DNA of 62,771 bases, filler included, from Globobulimina sp. (Eukaryota): the NCBI GenBank assembly GCA_003354225.1. It is 43 parts of 43 records of this genome, joined end to end, with 100 filler letters (N's around TTAATTAATTAA, not from the genome) between each part and the next. Parts side by side here need not be neighbours in the genome. Positions count along the whole stretch, not along the records: positions 49,723 to 51,083 come from PIVH01017947.1; positions 51,184 to 52,544 come from PIVH01017948.1; positions 52,645 to 54,005 come from PIVH01017949.1; positions 54,106 to 55,466 come from PIVH01017950.1; positions 55,567 to 56,927 come from PIVH01017951.1; positions 57,028 to 58,388 come from PIVH01017952.1; positions 58,489 to 59,849 come from PIVH01017953.1; positions 59,950 to 61,310 come from PIVH01017954.1; 35 more parts are not named here. One strand, 5' to 3'. The notes under the pieces are model-generated. The model had not been told where the DNA came from. It worked only from the letters and a program-made list of their open reading frames with translations, and did no database searches. Positions 50,514-62,690 of the stretch are shown here, in pieces. Position 1 is the first letter of the stretch. Each line of letters begins with the position of its first letter. Position numbers and translations under genes: made by a program.

Positions 50514-51083
50514 CTAATTATGATTAAATGAATCACTGCTAGTAAGTGAATGAGAATCATCTACAAGGAAACCATCGACTGGACTAATCTTATTATATTT
50601 CGATTGTTTAATTGGACCAATAATTCCGTGCGCAGGCCAATGAATTAACGGATCCGGATCGTTTCCAACTTTATATCCTCGTCTCCTATATTTATCTGCG
50701 CACATCCAACAAAGTCCGCCATCTTTTGCTTTACAAACGGAACACAGAGTAGCTCCACATCGTGAACATAAACTATATCTCACTTTTTTATTATTATTCT
50801 TATTATTATCAGCTGAACACGATTCGCATCCGCTTTTTGCTAAACACCCTTTACACATTGGCACATCTACAACACCCTCTTCATAGAGCTTATAATCCTT
50901 TCCACACATTTTAAAATTTTTATTGCAATCATCACATTCCAAAGTTTTATATTTTTGCCGTTTTCTTCGTTTCTTTTTTGGTTCATCGCTTTCATCGGAA
51001 TCATCATTTTCTTCTTCAGTTTCTTTTCTTGATCGTTTTCCATTTCTTTTTTTTCGTGCTTGTTTTTTTGTTTTCTTTTTGAC
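50514..51083 (-). CDS. Lys-rich, multi-CxxC zinc-binding protein, partial
   Basis: Six CxxC pairs after a basic/acidic tract. Confidence 0.6.
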   Translation of the reverse strand, partial: VKKKTKKQARKKRNGKRSRKETEEENDDSDESDEPKKKRRKRQKYKTLECDDCNKNFKMCGKDYKLYEEGVVDVPMCKGCLAKSGCESCSADNNKNNNKKVRYSLCSRCGATLCSVCKAKDGGLCWMCADKYRRRGYKVGNDPDPLIHWPAHGIIGPIKQSKYNKISPVDGFLVDDSHSLTSSDSFNHN

Positions 51084-51183
51084 NNNNNNNNNNNNNNNNN
51101 NNNNNNNNNNNNNNNNNNNNNNNNNNNTTAATTAATTAANNNNNNNNNNNNNNNNNNNNNNNNNNNNNNNNNNNNNNNNNNNN

Positions 51184-51363
51184 TATGATGCATCCAGTTA
51201 CTTCAAATCCTGGATTATACTTACCCAAATCCTGAACAGAGCGTCTGTCTGTATTTACAAATTCAAATTTTGCTTGCTTGCGTCCACCTTCATGTATACT
51301 TTTTGATACATGAAAAGTAACGCCACGAAAACTCGCGGCATGCAGATTATCTAATAATGACAT
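51184..51363 (-). CDS. Mu-like phage DNA-circularisation N-terminal domain (tail/baseplate) protein, partial
   Basis: LHAASFRGVTFHV..GGRK..EF..VQDLG. TAATG stop/start overlap with the tape measure gene and a GGAGG Shine-Dalgarno. Confidence 0.88.
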
Positions 51364-52544
51364 TATCTTCCTCCCATAGATACACCAAGGTTCGTATCTC
51401 CATAGCCACCTTGTTTTGTTTTGATACTTTGAACTGTTCGCTCAGGTGCATTCAGCGTCATGTTAATATCAACAGATGAACGTGTTGATAGCTCAGAAGC
51501 TGCCATCGGTTGTGTTCCATAAGAGAAGTTATTTGCAGCAGGTCTACCATATCCACTGAATTGCGTACGGTTCATTTGAGCAGGAGTGGCAGGTGTATTA
51601 ATTGTAAATGTCATTGCATCGACAATAGCATTTTTTATTTCAATAAACTTGTCAACATAACCTGATATGATTGAAAACGCTTCTTTGAATGGTGCAGTCA
51701 TAGCATTGACTATTCCACTGAAATTACCACTTAGGGCGGCACTGAGTACAGCTGCTGCAGAAATTATTGGAGAAAATATTACTTTAGCCAGGTTAGATAC
51801 AGCAGTTTTAACTAGTGTAGCCAATGCAGTAAACTTCTCGGCTATATATGCATTTGTCTCGTTAACAAATGTGCGTACTTGAGACAGCAATCTATCCCAG
51901 TGTTTAACAAGATAAAGACCTGCAGCAACTAGTCCGCCTATTGCAGCAACAACTAATCCCGCAGGACTGATTAAGAACGCAAATGCCGCCGCCAATATGC
52001 CTATAGCAGTGGACGCGAGTGTTGCGACAAAACCTAAAGCACCAATGATAATAAGCATCGGAGGTATAATGGCAAGTATTCCTAAGAACAGGAATGTCAG
52101 TCTTGCAAGCTTAGGATTATTTAATACAAATTTATCCATTGCAGATTTTGCACCACCGAGGAAGTCAATGAATTTTTGCATCTTAGCTTTGATACTGAAC
52201 ATTCTATCCATGTGCATAAATACAGCCGCTGATGCAATGAACAATTTATCTTTTATGTTTGATAGTAAGCCACCTAATGTTCTAGATATGAGGTCCATAT
52301 TGTTTAGATATTTCTCAGCATGAATTTGACGCATTGCTTTATCAAAAATTTCAAATGGTATCTTACCTTTAGATGCAAGTTTCTGGAATGCAGCAACTGT
52401 CATCTTAGTACCTTTTGCCAAGGTAACTAGTAATGGCAAACCGCGCTCAGAGAACTGCATGATTTCTTCGTTGAGTAGTTTTTGTTTTGCTCGAACTTGA
52501 CCATATACAAATGCTAAATCTTTAATCGGTTTACCAGTACCCGC
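51363..52544 (-). CDS. Phage tail tape measure protein, 5' truncated
   Basis: KDLAFVYGQVRAKQKLLNEEIMQFSERGLPL..SRTLGGLLSNIKD, Ala/Gly-rich hydrophobic middle, LVKHWD. No introns. Confidence 0.92.
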   Translation of the reverse strand, partial: AGTGKPIKDLAFVYGQVRAKQKLLNEEIMQFSERGLPLLVTLAKGTKMTVAAFQKLASKGKIPFEIFDKAMRQIHAEKYLNNMDLISRTLGGLLSNIKDKLFIASAAVFMHMDRMFSIKAKMQKFIDFLGGAKSAMDKFVLNNPKLARLTFLFLGILAIIPPMLIIIGALGFVATLASTAIGILAAAFAFLISPAGLVVAAIGGLVAAGLYLVKHWDRLLSQVRTFVNETNAYIAEKFTALATLVKTAVSNLAKVIFSPIISAAAVLSAALSGNFSGIVNAMTAPFKEAFSIISGYVDKFIEIKNAIVDAMTFTINTPATPAQMNRTQFSGYGRPAANNFSYGTQPMAASELSTRSSVDINMTLNAPERTVQSIKTKQGGYGDTNLGVSMGGR

Positions 52545-52644
52545 NNNNNNNNNNNNNNNNNNNNNNNNNNNNNNNNNNNNNNNNNNNNTTAATTAATTAA
52601 NNNNNNNNNNNNNNNNNNNNNNNNNNNNNNNNNNNNNNNNNNNN

Positions 52645-53092
52645 ATTTAGAAAGTTGGAAGAAGAGGGAATTTGGCAACTAAATAATATTAATGATGATG
52701 TGAGAGAGAGATTTAATGCAGAAACAATGTATGAGATAGCTTTAAGAGAAGATATTCCATGGAGAGTATGGAGTATTTGGGCTAGAGATAAAATTACAAC
52801 ATATTTGAGGGAAAATAATTTGTTGCTTCCACCAAATTATCAGCAGATTCAGCAGCAACAACCTGTTGGACCACAAATGTATCCTTTTCCTGCTACAAAT
52901 TATCCACAACAACCAATGCATGCTTCATGCCAGCAATTGCAAACGAAACAGCAAAAGCAAATAACATTTTGTGATATATGTAAAAAGAATATTTATTTGG
53001 TGGAAACAGAGAAAGAGATGGAGGCGTATTTAGACAATGGTTCATGTGTTACCCTGTCCGGCAAATTGATACCAAATTGTGGTGTAATGTAA
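52645..53092 (+). CDS. Hypothetical Gln-rich protein, partial
   Basis: ORF open from the contig start. Confidence 0.5.
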
Positions 53093-53237
53093 ATTCTGAG
53101 ATGTGTAAGTGACTAAGTTTTTGGTCATCCATATTGTATAGAAAATATAACCCACCAAATACAATTGTTGAGAAATCAATATCGATTACGGACACCTTCT
53201 CTCGTACAAGATAACTAGTAAAGTTACTTAATTTTAC

Positions 53238-53774
53238 ATGGGGAACGAACTACATTTTAAACCACACAAATTGAAAAAATGTATTTTGAGCCAAGTAAAA
53301 TCAAAAGCATTGGCAAAAGAGATTAAAAAAAAGATATGCCAACGCAATATATTATTCATCGGAGGATCTAAATGTGGAAAAACAGAAATGATCCAAACAA
53401 TTGTTAATATTTTCAATCCAGATAGTCTTTGTTTGGCTGAATATAAGGAATACCAATACAATCTGAATGAATTTGTTGTGACTGAATATTGGCATCCATC
53501 CTTACAGAAACATGCGTTTTCATCATATCAATATTTTAATTTAATTAATCAAATCGAAAAAGCCAAAGAATTATTTTTCATGAAGAAAAAAGCAATAAAA
53601 CAAATTATTAAATCGATTGCAACGATGAAGGATAAGGATATAAAGCACATAAATGATATTAATCAGATAATTGATTATGAACTATTGGTGAAAGGATACG
53701 TTAATTTTAATTTACCCATCGATATTATTAATTTGTTGACGTTATTTTGTAAGAAACCAATGATTACTTTATAA
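53238..53774 (+). CDS. Short G-alpha-like P-loop protein (N-terminal similarity only)
   Basis: MGN start, basic helix, ILFIGGSKCGKTEMIQTI. No recognisable DxxG or NKxD. Confidence 0.55.
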   Translation: MGNELHFKPHKLKKCILSQVKSKALAKEIKKKICQRNILFIGGSKCGKTEMIQTIVNIFNPDSLCLAEYKEYQYNLNEFVVTEYWHPSLQKHAFSSYQYFNLINQIEKAKELFFMKKKAIKQIIKSIATMKDKDIKHINDINQIIDYELLVKGYVNFNLPIDIINLLTLFCKKPMITL

Positions 53775-53819
53775 AATAAAATATATTCATAATGATGAGG
53801 TATATATAGATTCATTCTT

Positions 53820-54005
53820 ATTAATGCTATATTAATGCTATGATAATTCAAAAATCTATATTGAAAATGCTATTTTCATAGCATTAACATAAAAGATGAA
53901 CATATGTTAATGCTATGTTAATGCTAAATTAGCATTAACATAAAGCATTAATATGAGTATATATTAATGCTAGATCATATTGGATCTATACTAATGCCCT
54001 ATCAA
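53820..54005. repeat. TTAATGCTA/TAGCATTAA motif cluster in both orientations
   Basis: About ten copies within 185 nt. Confidence 0.65.
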
Positions 54006-54203
54006 NNNNNNNNNNNNNNNNNNNNNNNNNNNNNNNNNNNNNNNNNNNNTTAATTAATTAANNNNNNNNNNNNNNNNNNNNNNNNNNNNNNNNNNNNNNN
54101 NNNNNTTCTTACCTTCTTCTCGATCGTAAATTATAATCATTTATATAACCATTTTCACCATAAAATAAACTAGCTTGACCTTTTAGCAACGTTACCAGGT
54201 CAA

Positions 54204-55349
54204 ATGGGCAACTTACCAATTACAGATCAATGGGTGTTTGATTGGTTAACATCAGACTATCATGTTTATGTCACAACTGTATTAACCATCATTGCAGGTG
54301 TAATACATCCGATATTATTTGGTATATATTTCTATCGTAAAATATTGAAACCCACAATTCCACCAAACAATATTAACAATGCCGATAAATCGGCAGATCG
54401 TCGTGCAGTATCACGAGCAGATAAATCACAGTCAAATGCTAACCGATCATACAGTCAGATGAATCAATACACGATGGACAAAAACATTTTGAATTTGCTG
54501 AAACGTATCATTATCGGAGTAACATTATGTGCAATTTTGTTTGGTTGGATTGCATCTATTTTATCATTGATTAATATTTTAACATTGATTGGCCATCCCA
54601 CCACATGCCAACCTTTCACAATCCTTCAAAATATATGTTGGATCTTCACCAAATTATGCATTTATAACATCATTATAATACGACTACAAATTGCGTTTTC
54701 AGGCTCTGTTTACGAATATAATCATAAAATATTAATGTTTGCATATTTTTTTGTGAATAGCATTTGCTTGGTTTGCATTGTTGGCTCAATTTTTGATGTC
54801 GATTCCATTCATTTTGTAACCGGGTGGTGTTTATTTATAATTCCTACGTGGATCATTTTGCTGCCATGCGGTTTGGACATAGTTTGCAGTTTGTTTGCAT
54901 TGTATTTATTTATTAAACCATTAAAACACATTTTGATCAAAAATTTTAGTGAAAATATGCAAAATAAAAAACACAATATTCGTTTGATTCAAATATCGCA
55001 GTTAATAACAAAGTTAATATTATTGACGATAATTGCAGTATTTTCTAATTTATTCGGTGGGATATTTTTCGCAGTCACCGATATAGCGATATTTACCTAT
55101 TTGGACACTCTCATCAATCCGATTTGTTTAGTTTTAATGGAAAACGTTAATAGAGATATTTACAAAATATTTTGCAAATATTGCCATATAAAATTACATC
55201 TCATTGTTCATTATAAAAACGATATTATTAAAACAAAACCATTTCCAGCTTCAATTGCCGTTGTTGAGATATCTGAAACCGGAAAAAAACAAATTCCTGC
55301 TCAGCAACCAACTTCTACGCCAAATGTTGTTGATACACCAGCAACATAG
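54204..55349 (+). CDS. Intronless orphan 7TM (GPCR-like) receptor
   Basis: Seven hydrophobic helices. YNIIIIRLQIAFSGSVY, LYLFIKPL, DTLINPICLVLM. Confidence 0.85.
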   Translation: MGNLPITDQWVFDWLTSDYHVYVTTVLTIIAGVIHPILFGIYFYRKILKPTIPPNNINNADKSADRRAVSRADKSQSNANRSYSQMNQYTMDKNILNLLKRIIIGVTLCAILFGWIASILSLINILTLIGHPTTCQPFTILQNICWIFTKLCIYNIIIIRLQIAFSGSVYEYNHKILMFAYFFVNSICLVCIVGSIFDVDSIHFVTGWCLFIIPTWIILLPCGLDIVCSLFALYLFIKPLKHILIKNFSENMQNKKHNIRLIQISQLITKLILLTIIAVFSNLFGGIFFAVTDIAIFTYLDTLINPICLVLMENVNRDIYKIFCKYCHIKLHLIVHYKNDIIKTKPFPASIAVVEISETGKKQIPAQQPTSTPNVVDTPAT

Positions 55350-55765
55350 TAATATACAGATAATTATTGTTTTTCTCAGACTTTCGTGTTTTTTTTTGTG
55401 TCAATGTGTGTATATATTATTTTCTTTATGATGACCACTATAATTTTAGTATATTATTCAAAACAANNNNNNNNNNNNNNNNNNNNNNNNNNNNNNNNNN
55501 NNNNNNNNNNTTAATTAATTAANNNNNNNNNNNNNNNNNNNNNNNNNNNNNNNNNNNNNNNNNNNNTTGTATGATGGATGACATTCATCAATTTGTTTTA
55601 TCAATGGATGATCATTGATGAATTCGTCACCTTGGGATGTTATATAATTGACATACTAATAACTAAAAAATCAATCCTATTGATGAAAATATATTTTGTT
55701 TACGGAATGTTGTATCCCAATTAGATTATGATGATAATGTAAACTGTGCATGTCATCATAAAGCA

Positions 55766-56269
55766 TTGTTGGAACAATTAATATCAAAAAATGAAATTTT
55801 AAAAACACTATATCGTGCAACACATAATATGGCGGTTAATTCATTGAAAAGACAAAAAAAACAAAGAGAACAATATCCAGCAATTGTAAGACCCAAAAGA
55901 GGATTAAATCGGATAAATGAGTATAAAAAAGAAATTGGAAAGCAATGTATTCAGAGGCAAATGCAAGTAAATGATACATTAAATGTTGTAAATTATCAAG
56001 ATTTACGATTGGGAGCAGTTTCGGAAATGGTCAAACAAATTACGGAAATAAATGATATGACGATAGACTTGGCAGTGATGGTTGGACATCAAGGTGAAAT
56101 AATAAGCATTATTGATGGGAATGTTATTAAAGCAAATGAAAATATGGATGGAGTAATCGGAGAATTACAGAAATATTTGGCTAAAATGACAACAAATCAA
56201 ATGTTAATGCTCAAAGTATTTGCATTAATCATATTTCTTGCCATTTTCTTTGCTATATTTATCGCTTAG
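55766..56269 (+). CDS. Syntaxin (Qa-SNARE, syntaxin-5-like)
   Basis: DLAVMVGHQGEIISIIDGNV..ELQKYL and C-terminal TM KVFALIIFLAIFFAIFIA. Confidence 0.85.
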   Translation: MLEQLISKNEILKTLYRATHNMAVNSLKRQKKQREQYPAIVRPKRGLNRINEYKKEIGKQCIQRQMQVNDTLNVVNYQDLRLGAVSEMVKQITEINDMTIDLAVMVGHQGEIISIIDGNVIKANENMDGVIGELQKYLAKMTTNQMLMLKVFALIIFLAIFFAIFIA

Positions 56270-56309
56270 TTTACTCAAAAATGGTTAGTTAGTACCATCC
56301 TTATATTAA

Positions 56310-56927
56310 ATGGCATGGCTTCCACAAGCTTGGGAATTGTATGGAAAATTGAGGAACTCGATTAAAGATCGCAACTCCAAATCGTGGGCTACAGTTGATA
56401 TTGCTTGGGGTAAAATTGAACCTATTATCAAAACATCAGATTGCAAATCATTGTTACCATTAGGAAGGATAAATGATGTGTTGCAACAACACGAATTTTG
56501 GGTCACACATGAAACGAATGTTGAACAAATTTTAAAAAACATAATATTCCATGGAAATCATATGGCAGTACATGTTTTTACTCGAGTTTATTATGGAGAA
56601 TCCATCGGAAAAAGAAAAAAAAGACAAATGTTGGTTGAGATGATAGCAGAATTACTTAATTATTGTTGCAGAGCATTCGAGAAATTCGATTTGGTATATT
56701 TTGATTCTGCATTCTGCCGCAACACAGTGTACGATGATACCGCACTAATAATAGAATTTTCTGATCAATGGAAACGCCATGATTATGAAAGCTTTTTTTG
56801 GAGCTCATTTTTTTGGTTTAATGCTTGGAGGTCATCCATGGATATTGATGAAGGCAATAAAAAGTCAATTAAAGCACGGTTGGGTTTTGTGATGGTTTTT
56901 GGTAAAGAACTGATTGAAAATATGTTA
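56310..56927 (+). CDS. Hypothetical protein, partial
   Basis: Long ORF open to the contig end. Confidence 0.55.
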
Positions 56928-57027
56928 NNNNNNNNNNNNNNNNNNNNNNNNNNNNNNNNNNNNNNNNNNNNTTAATTAATTAANNNNNNNNNNNNNNNNN
57001 NNNNNNNNNNNNNNNNNNNNNNNNNNN

Positions 57028-57815
57028 TTGATAAAGAAAATATTATGGATCCAATGTACAATGGCATATTTATTTTAGTTAAAAATAGGAGACTAAAAGA
57101 CCTCGCTGGTGATGCATATGAATCATTTATACAAATTATTGACATATTTGCTGAAATTGCAATGGGTATGTTTTATACGGTATATTTGGATTTGACTGTT
57201 TTACAGAGAAAACAATGAATATATACTGTAGATGTGGAAGATTATGAGTTATTAAAAATGGTTATAAAAATGTTAGACGATCATAGCAATCCGAATATTG
57301 AGAAACATTCTAAAGTGCGAGAATCATGTATTGGAGGCATAGGATTTGTGTTATTTGGGCTTGAAAATGAATGCGCAATAATTCCAATGGAAACAGTGCA
57401 TGAAAACGAAGATGATATAAAAGAAAATGATGGGATTGAAGTCAAATATGCTGCAAAATTATCAAAGATAATGCAACGAAAATATTTATTGCAAAATGAA
57501 GCATTTGTAAAATCACTTGGTGATATAATGAAACATGGAATTACGGACAAAAATGAATTTTGTCGAAAAAAATCATTTGAGTTACTAGGAAAATTAGATA
57601 AGTCGACAGGAAATAAGTTGGATGGAATTGCGACAAATTGGAATGTTATAATAGCCAAAAAATATAAAAGTTTCAAACAATTGCAGTTGAGAAAAAAGGA
57701 GAAAAAAAAACCATTGAAAAGAAATCAAAAAAATGCAAGAAAAAAGCAGAAAAAGAAACATAAAACAGCTCAAGAATCAAATGCAATTGATATTGAACAA
57801 CAAGGAGTCTATTAA
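57028..57815 (+). CDS. HEAT/TOG (CLASP-like) protein C-terminus, spliced, partial
   Basis: KHSKVRESC, KHGITDKNEFCRKKSFE, basic tail. Intron near 57167-57231. Confidence 0.5.
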
Positions 57816-59949
57816 TTTTACTTAATTCACTATGAGTGCTTTGTTATATGTGTACATATATAATTATGAATTGTAAATAAAATAATACACCTTTTTTTTA
57901 TCTTTCTAGTTTAGTATCCTAGACATGTACACCAGAGCATTTATGTGAAGTGAAAATGTATTCAGAAGAATATAGTGCGTAAATGGAATATCGCTGCAGC
58001 GATACAATTAGTCTTAGATTTTTAGCATGAACAATTTTTTTAGCATTGCATTGCAAACTGTCGGAGACCATCAATTTTTAGGTATTATACATCTCTTTTT
58101 CTTACTTTTTATTTTTGAGTGATTTCTATTTCTTAGTGCGAACTTCATGTTTTCTTTAATTAATTTGCAAAACTCAAATCACTTCCTGTTCTCAAAGGTC
58201 ATTGTTTCGACCGAGACGTCAACGGCAAACTTTAGGAAGGTATTATTCATTGTTGCTGTGTTGCATTAGATATTCAATCCAACGGAAATAATTTTTACCC
58301 GCGATTTATTTGATCCCAATGTATTTAGTAATGGCACTCTCAGTTTTCGCTTTGTTTTTATATGCAATTGTATTCCGCTCTTCATTTGNNNNNNNNNNNN
58401 NNNNNNNNNNNNNNNNNNNNNNNNNNNNNNNNTTAATTAATTAANNNNNNNNNNNNNNNNNNNNNNNNNNNNNNNNNNNNNNNNNNNNCTTCGCTCGGTG
58501 GATACTATTCCAATGCTCACCTAGCTTCGCTCGATACATTAATGTCAGTTTTTTACAGATTATTCAAAATAAAAACGTTGAAAGTCAAAATTGAATTGTT
58601 AAAGGTTGTGTTTCATCGGGAACCATTAACATTTTATTATTAACCTATTTTCCTTCCGTTTTTTTTGCGTTGTTATGTTATGCGTTTCCATTGTACGCAT
58701 GCAGAATATTGTCAGATCAGTGTGTACATTGGAAAGATGAATACACAATGATCTGCCTTCTCAAATGTCGCGAAAATGTGACAGATTTGTTGTAATGTTT
58801 ATATACAACAACTACATAATATAATATTGAAATTCTAGTGATATGAACGCATTGCTAGTATGTTCAAATATGAATCCCAAAATAAGCTGTTTTTCACAAC
58901 TGTGTTCTTGAGCCAATTTGGCTAGAGCTTTTACTAACGCAGTTTATTTTCTGTGACACAAAAAGTGCGTTGAAACAAAAACACAAGTTATCTTCGTCAC
59001 ACCTTTTTGAAAACTTAAGTTCAATGCATAATTGAATTACCTAGGTTGATAAGTTAGGTTTACAAAAATACCCACGTTTCTGCAATATTGAAAATAATTG
59101 AAACTTATGTATTTATATTGATTAAAACAGACCATAATTATATACTGTAAAATATTTATTAAAATGCGTTGGCTCTGCGTGGCTCTGCTATTCCGTATAA
59201 TGTCCGTATAATAGAATACTGCATGCAATAATGGTCGTTTTATCTGATTGCACCAAAGAAGCAACAACATGGCCGAAGAGAAAAATGTCACAAATTTAAA
59301 GATTTGGACACATAAAGAATTAATTTCATTATTGGAAGGGAATTTATTCCTTTGTGTTTGGCATAGTTTTTAACTTTATCACAGTTTATATTTCTGAATA
59401 TAACTTTGGTTTCCTAACATATGTTGCATGAAACTTGTGTTTGATGATAAATGTATAAACTGTGACCAGTTTATTTTGATTTTGCTTGAAACTTTGGTTA
59501 TCAGAAACCTAATTTCATATCACAGAAAAAAGTGTGCTACTAAAAGCTCTAAATTTGGCACCCTAAATAAAGAACTACTTTTCAAATTTTGCAAGGAAGA
59601 CTTACGCAACTTCATCTTTTTTAGACTCACCAAAGGATTTAATATCTAATGTGTCCGATCCTGATTCGAGTCATTCAACACCGGAATATATGTTTAGTTC
59701 AAATAGTGCATCGAATGCGGTCACACCCAGTTTAACACCGATTAAAGGAACGGAGTCTAATTCAAAACCTTTCTTATTCTCATGGAATAAAAGAAAATAA
59801 TTATTCTAACTTTTTTTTTGTCTTTTTCTCAATTATTTTTATAAATTTANNNNNNNNNNNNNNNNNNNNNNNNNNNNNNNNNNNNNNNNNNNNTTAATTA
59901 ATTAANNNNNNNNNNNNNNNNNNNNNNNNNNNNNNNNNNNNNNNNNNNN

Positions 59950-60614
59950 ACATCAGTTCTGATCATGTATTTGCAACCTTTCTGAACGACATTTGCTTGA
60001 TGACTTATGGATGGATCAAATATCAATAGACTGCCTTTTGTAGGTTGAATATTAACTGATTCATTGCGATCATTTAAATGCATGTTATTATCACTATCAA
60101 TTTCTGTAAATGCCGTTTCTCCGCCAATATAATTATCATTTAAATAAATAACAATGGTTAAACAACTCACTGTATTTTGTATTGGATGATAAAAGGGTCC
60201 ATCTTGATGACAACCAAAATATTCTCCTTTTTTATATCGACCAATTTTACATCTTGAATTTATTCCAATTACTTTATATTCGCCCCACTTATTTGGAATA
60301 AATGAATGAATTCTTTGAAATATGACATTTGAGAAATATTCAGAATCCATAAATATAACTGTATTTTTTCGGCGTTTTAAATCAACATAAAATGAACCAT
60401 TTGCTTTCAACATTCCTCGATTGTATCCATTTTTAATTTGATTCCGATTATATGACATTTTTATCAATTCATCACATTCACAGTCACTAAATACATTATG
60501 CAATAATATGGCATATTTGCCGCAATCCTCTATGGATTTAGCATATGTTCTCTCCAATCGAATTGTAGAAGTATCGCATTTAGTATTTAAAAATGTTGGT
60601 TTGAACGACTTCAT
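59950..60614 (-). CDS. Prolyl-4-hydroxylase-like 2OG-Fe(II) dioxygenase
   Basis: RYKKGEYFGCHQDG, IYLNDNYIGGET, HQANVV..KYMIRTD. Confidence 0.9.
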
Positions 60615-60698
60615 GCCTATTTAAAAGAGTAAGGCCAACTTGTTTAGTTTGAGAGGAACCCATTATTTAGCTCAGCTTGTTACTACTTACTAGTTCAA

Positions 60699-61283
60699 AT
60701 GGGAATATGTTGCTGTGCGCAGAATTATAAGTCACTTCCCCAAAATGACACACCATTCTCTGATTTAAAGATAACTCGTATATTAAATACAAAACAATTT
60801 AAAAATCAATGCCTACCGCAACCATTTTTAAAAGAAATAGTTGCGAACGAACTCTTATCATATCAATGTATTGTATCATATTGGGATTCGCAAAATATTC
60901 AACATGGACATGAAGATCATCGAATTATGCAATGTCAAGTCCGATACAATGAGTTTATGTCTAATTTTATCAATGAACTCAAAGAAAATAACATTTATAA
61001 AAATCACTTTAAATCAATTTGTGAGTTATTTGATAAATATTATCCTTTTCATATTGAAATATTATATTTTTGGAGATTACATATGTTACATCCTTACCAA
61101 TATAAAAAAGATTGTCTAAACACATTGGGATTTATTTTAAGTCCACCAAAGTATAAATACATTGTTTGTAATGAAAAAAATATATTCAAGTTCCAATCGC
61201 AACAAACCGAAACATTGCAATTGGAATGCAATTATGTGGAGACTCCTCTGGTGGTGTCGACTACTTCGCTTTGTAATCCGTAA
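60699..61283 (+). CDS. GRDP/DUF1399-like protein with N-terminal acylation motif
   Basis: MGICCC start. RYNEFM..EILYFWRLHMLHPYQYKKDC. Confidence 0.65.
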   Translation: MGICCCAQNYKSLPQNDTPFSDLKITRILNTKQFKNQCLPQPFLKEIVANELLSYQCIVSYWDSQNIQHGHEDHRIMQCQVRYNEFMSNFINELKENNIYKNHFKSICELFDKYYPFHIEILYFWRLHMLHPYQYKKDCLNTLGFILSPPKYKYIVCNEKNIFKFQSQQTETLQLECNYVETPLVVSTTSLCNP

Positions 61284-61410
61284 GGATTAATTGTCTTTAT
61301 TTAAGTATTCNNNNNNNNNNNNNNNNNNNNNNNNNNNNNNNNNNNNNNNNNNNNTTAATTAATTAANNNNNNNNNNNNNNNNNNNNNNNNNNNNNNNNNN
61401 NNNNNNNNNN

Positions 61411-61745
61411 CCGCATACATACACATACACTTTTGCCGGTTGTCCGCGAGATGGTGTCGAATGAAGCGAGTAAGGACCCAATGATATTTGACTTTGTGGT
61501 TTGGCTTTTTTCGACGGCTTACATTTTGGTGTTGGACAAAATGTAACAGAGCCATTACCATTGATTACATGTTTAGCTTTGTGTTTATGCAATGTTTGCA
61601 TTTGCTGGTTTAATTTCTCCACAACTGTCGGATCAACGGCAGGAATTGAAATGGCTTCGTCGTGTTCTTTAAGTTCCACATCTTTCTCGTCAATCTCTTT
61701 TGATTCTTGTTGTGGAATTTGTTCTTCTTGCTTTGGTGCTGCCAT
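61411..61745 (-). CDS. Hypothetical protein N-terminus
   Basis: ORF open to the contig end or an intron. Confidence 0.45.
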
Positions 61746-61857
61746 TATTATGTCAAATGTGCTGATTTAAGCTACAGTTAGGTGTTATTTTAGTGATTTG
61801 GAAGATGAGTGAGTTGAAATTAAATTAAAAAGTTTACAAGAAATGTCAAAAATGAAA

Positions 61858-62690
61858 TTATACTTTGCCCATATGACAGAATGCAGTGTTATGTCCCAAA
61901 TCATTTGCAGCAACTACCATTTTATTAAATTCATCAGGGCGATTTAAGGAGAATTCAGCAGGATCCTGGGCCCAACACACAAATAATGCTTTAATATACG
62001 ATGATAATACTTGACAGGTACCAACATAAATTAAACAGCCTAATCCCGTGGCCATTTTAACATGCTCTATGTCAATAACTTGAGCACCAGCACTGGCAGT
62101 AATACTTGACACAATGGCAACAATAAGCACACAAAATATACCCCCAACAATAATTGGATAACCACTTAAATCATCGTTGATTATTGTTTTAACACCAGTA
62201 CGCTTAAATAATTCAAATGTGTCTTTGCCAGATTGAATATAGGTTTTGCCGTACACTGCAATTTGTACATAAACATAACTATTAAAATATTCCAGGATAT
62301 CACCTAAAATACGTAAAATACATTGAAAACACCCAAATAATATCGCTAGACCATAGTTACGATCTGCTTTTGCATTATTTTTTGCCATAAATGTAAGCCA
62401 TCGTAATGCGCGAATAATTGCTGTTAATAAGGAACCAAAACAAATTGATCCAAATGAAGTTGTTATTGCTCGTTTAAATGCACCTAAAGTAACACCACTT
62501 GTATCTTGACCAAAGAACCATGCTGCCATTACACCACAGGCTGCGGCATGAGCCACATTTAATGCTACCGTTACATGCCAGCATAATGACACTAACCATA
62601 CAAAGTATAAACCAAATTTTGCTTCATCAATCACAGCAGAATGGAAGATCCACAGTGCCGCAAATGCGTCGATAACAACCAAAACAATCT
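61858..62690 (-). CDS. Choline transporter-like (SLC44/Pns1) protein, last exon
   Basis: AFKRAITTSFGSICFGSL, YFNSYVYVQIAVYGKTY, IINDDL, LFVCWAQDP. Confidence 0.93.

Noticed and set aside
58489-59849. CTTCGCTCG repeat at the contig start and short ORFs
   Set aside because: Only two partial copies at a contig edge, and the ORFs lack coding signal.
1365-61410. Regularly spaced TTAATTAATTAA repeats as a CRISPR-like or biological array
   Set aside because: Always embedded in fixed N-runs; this is an artificial six-frame-stop linker.
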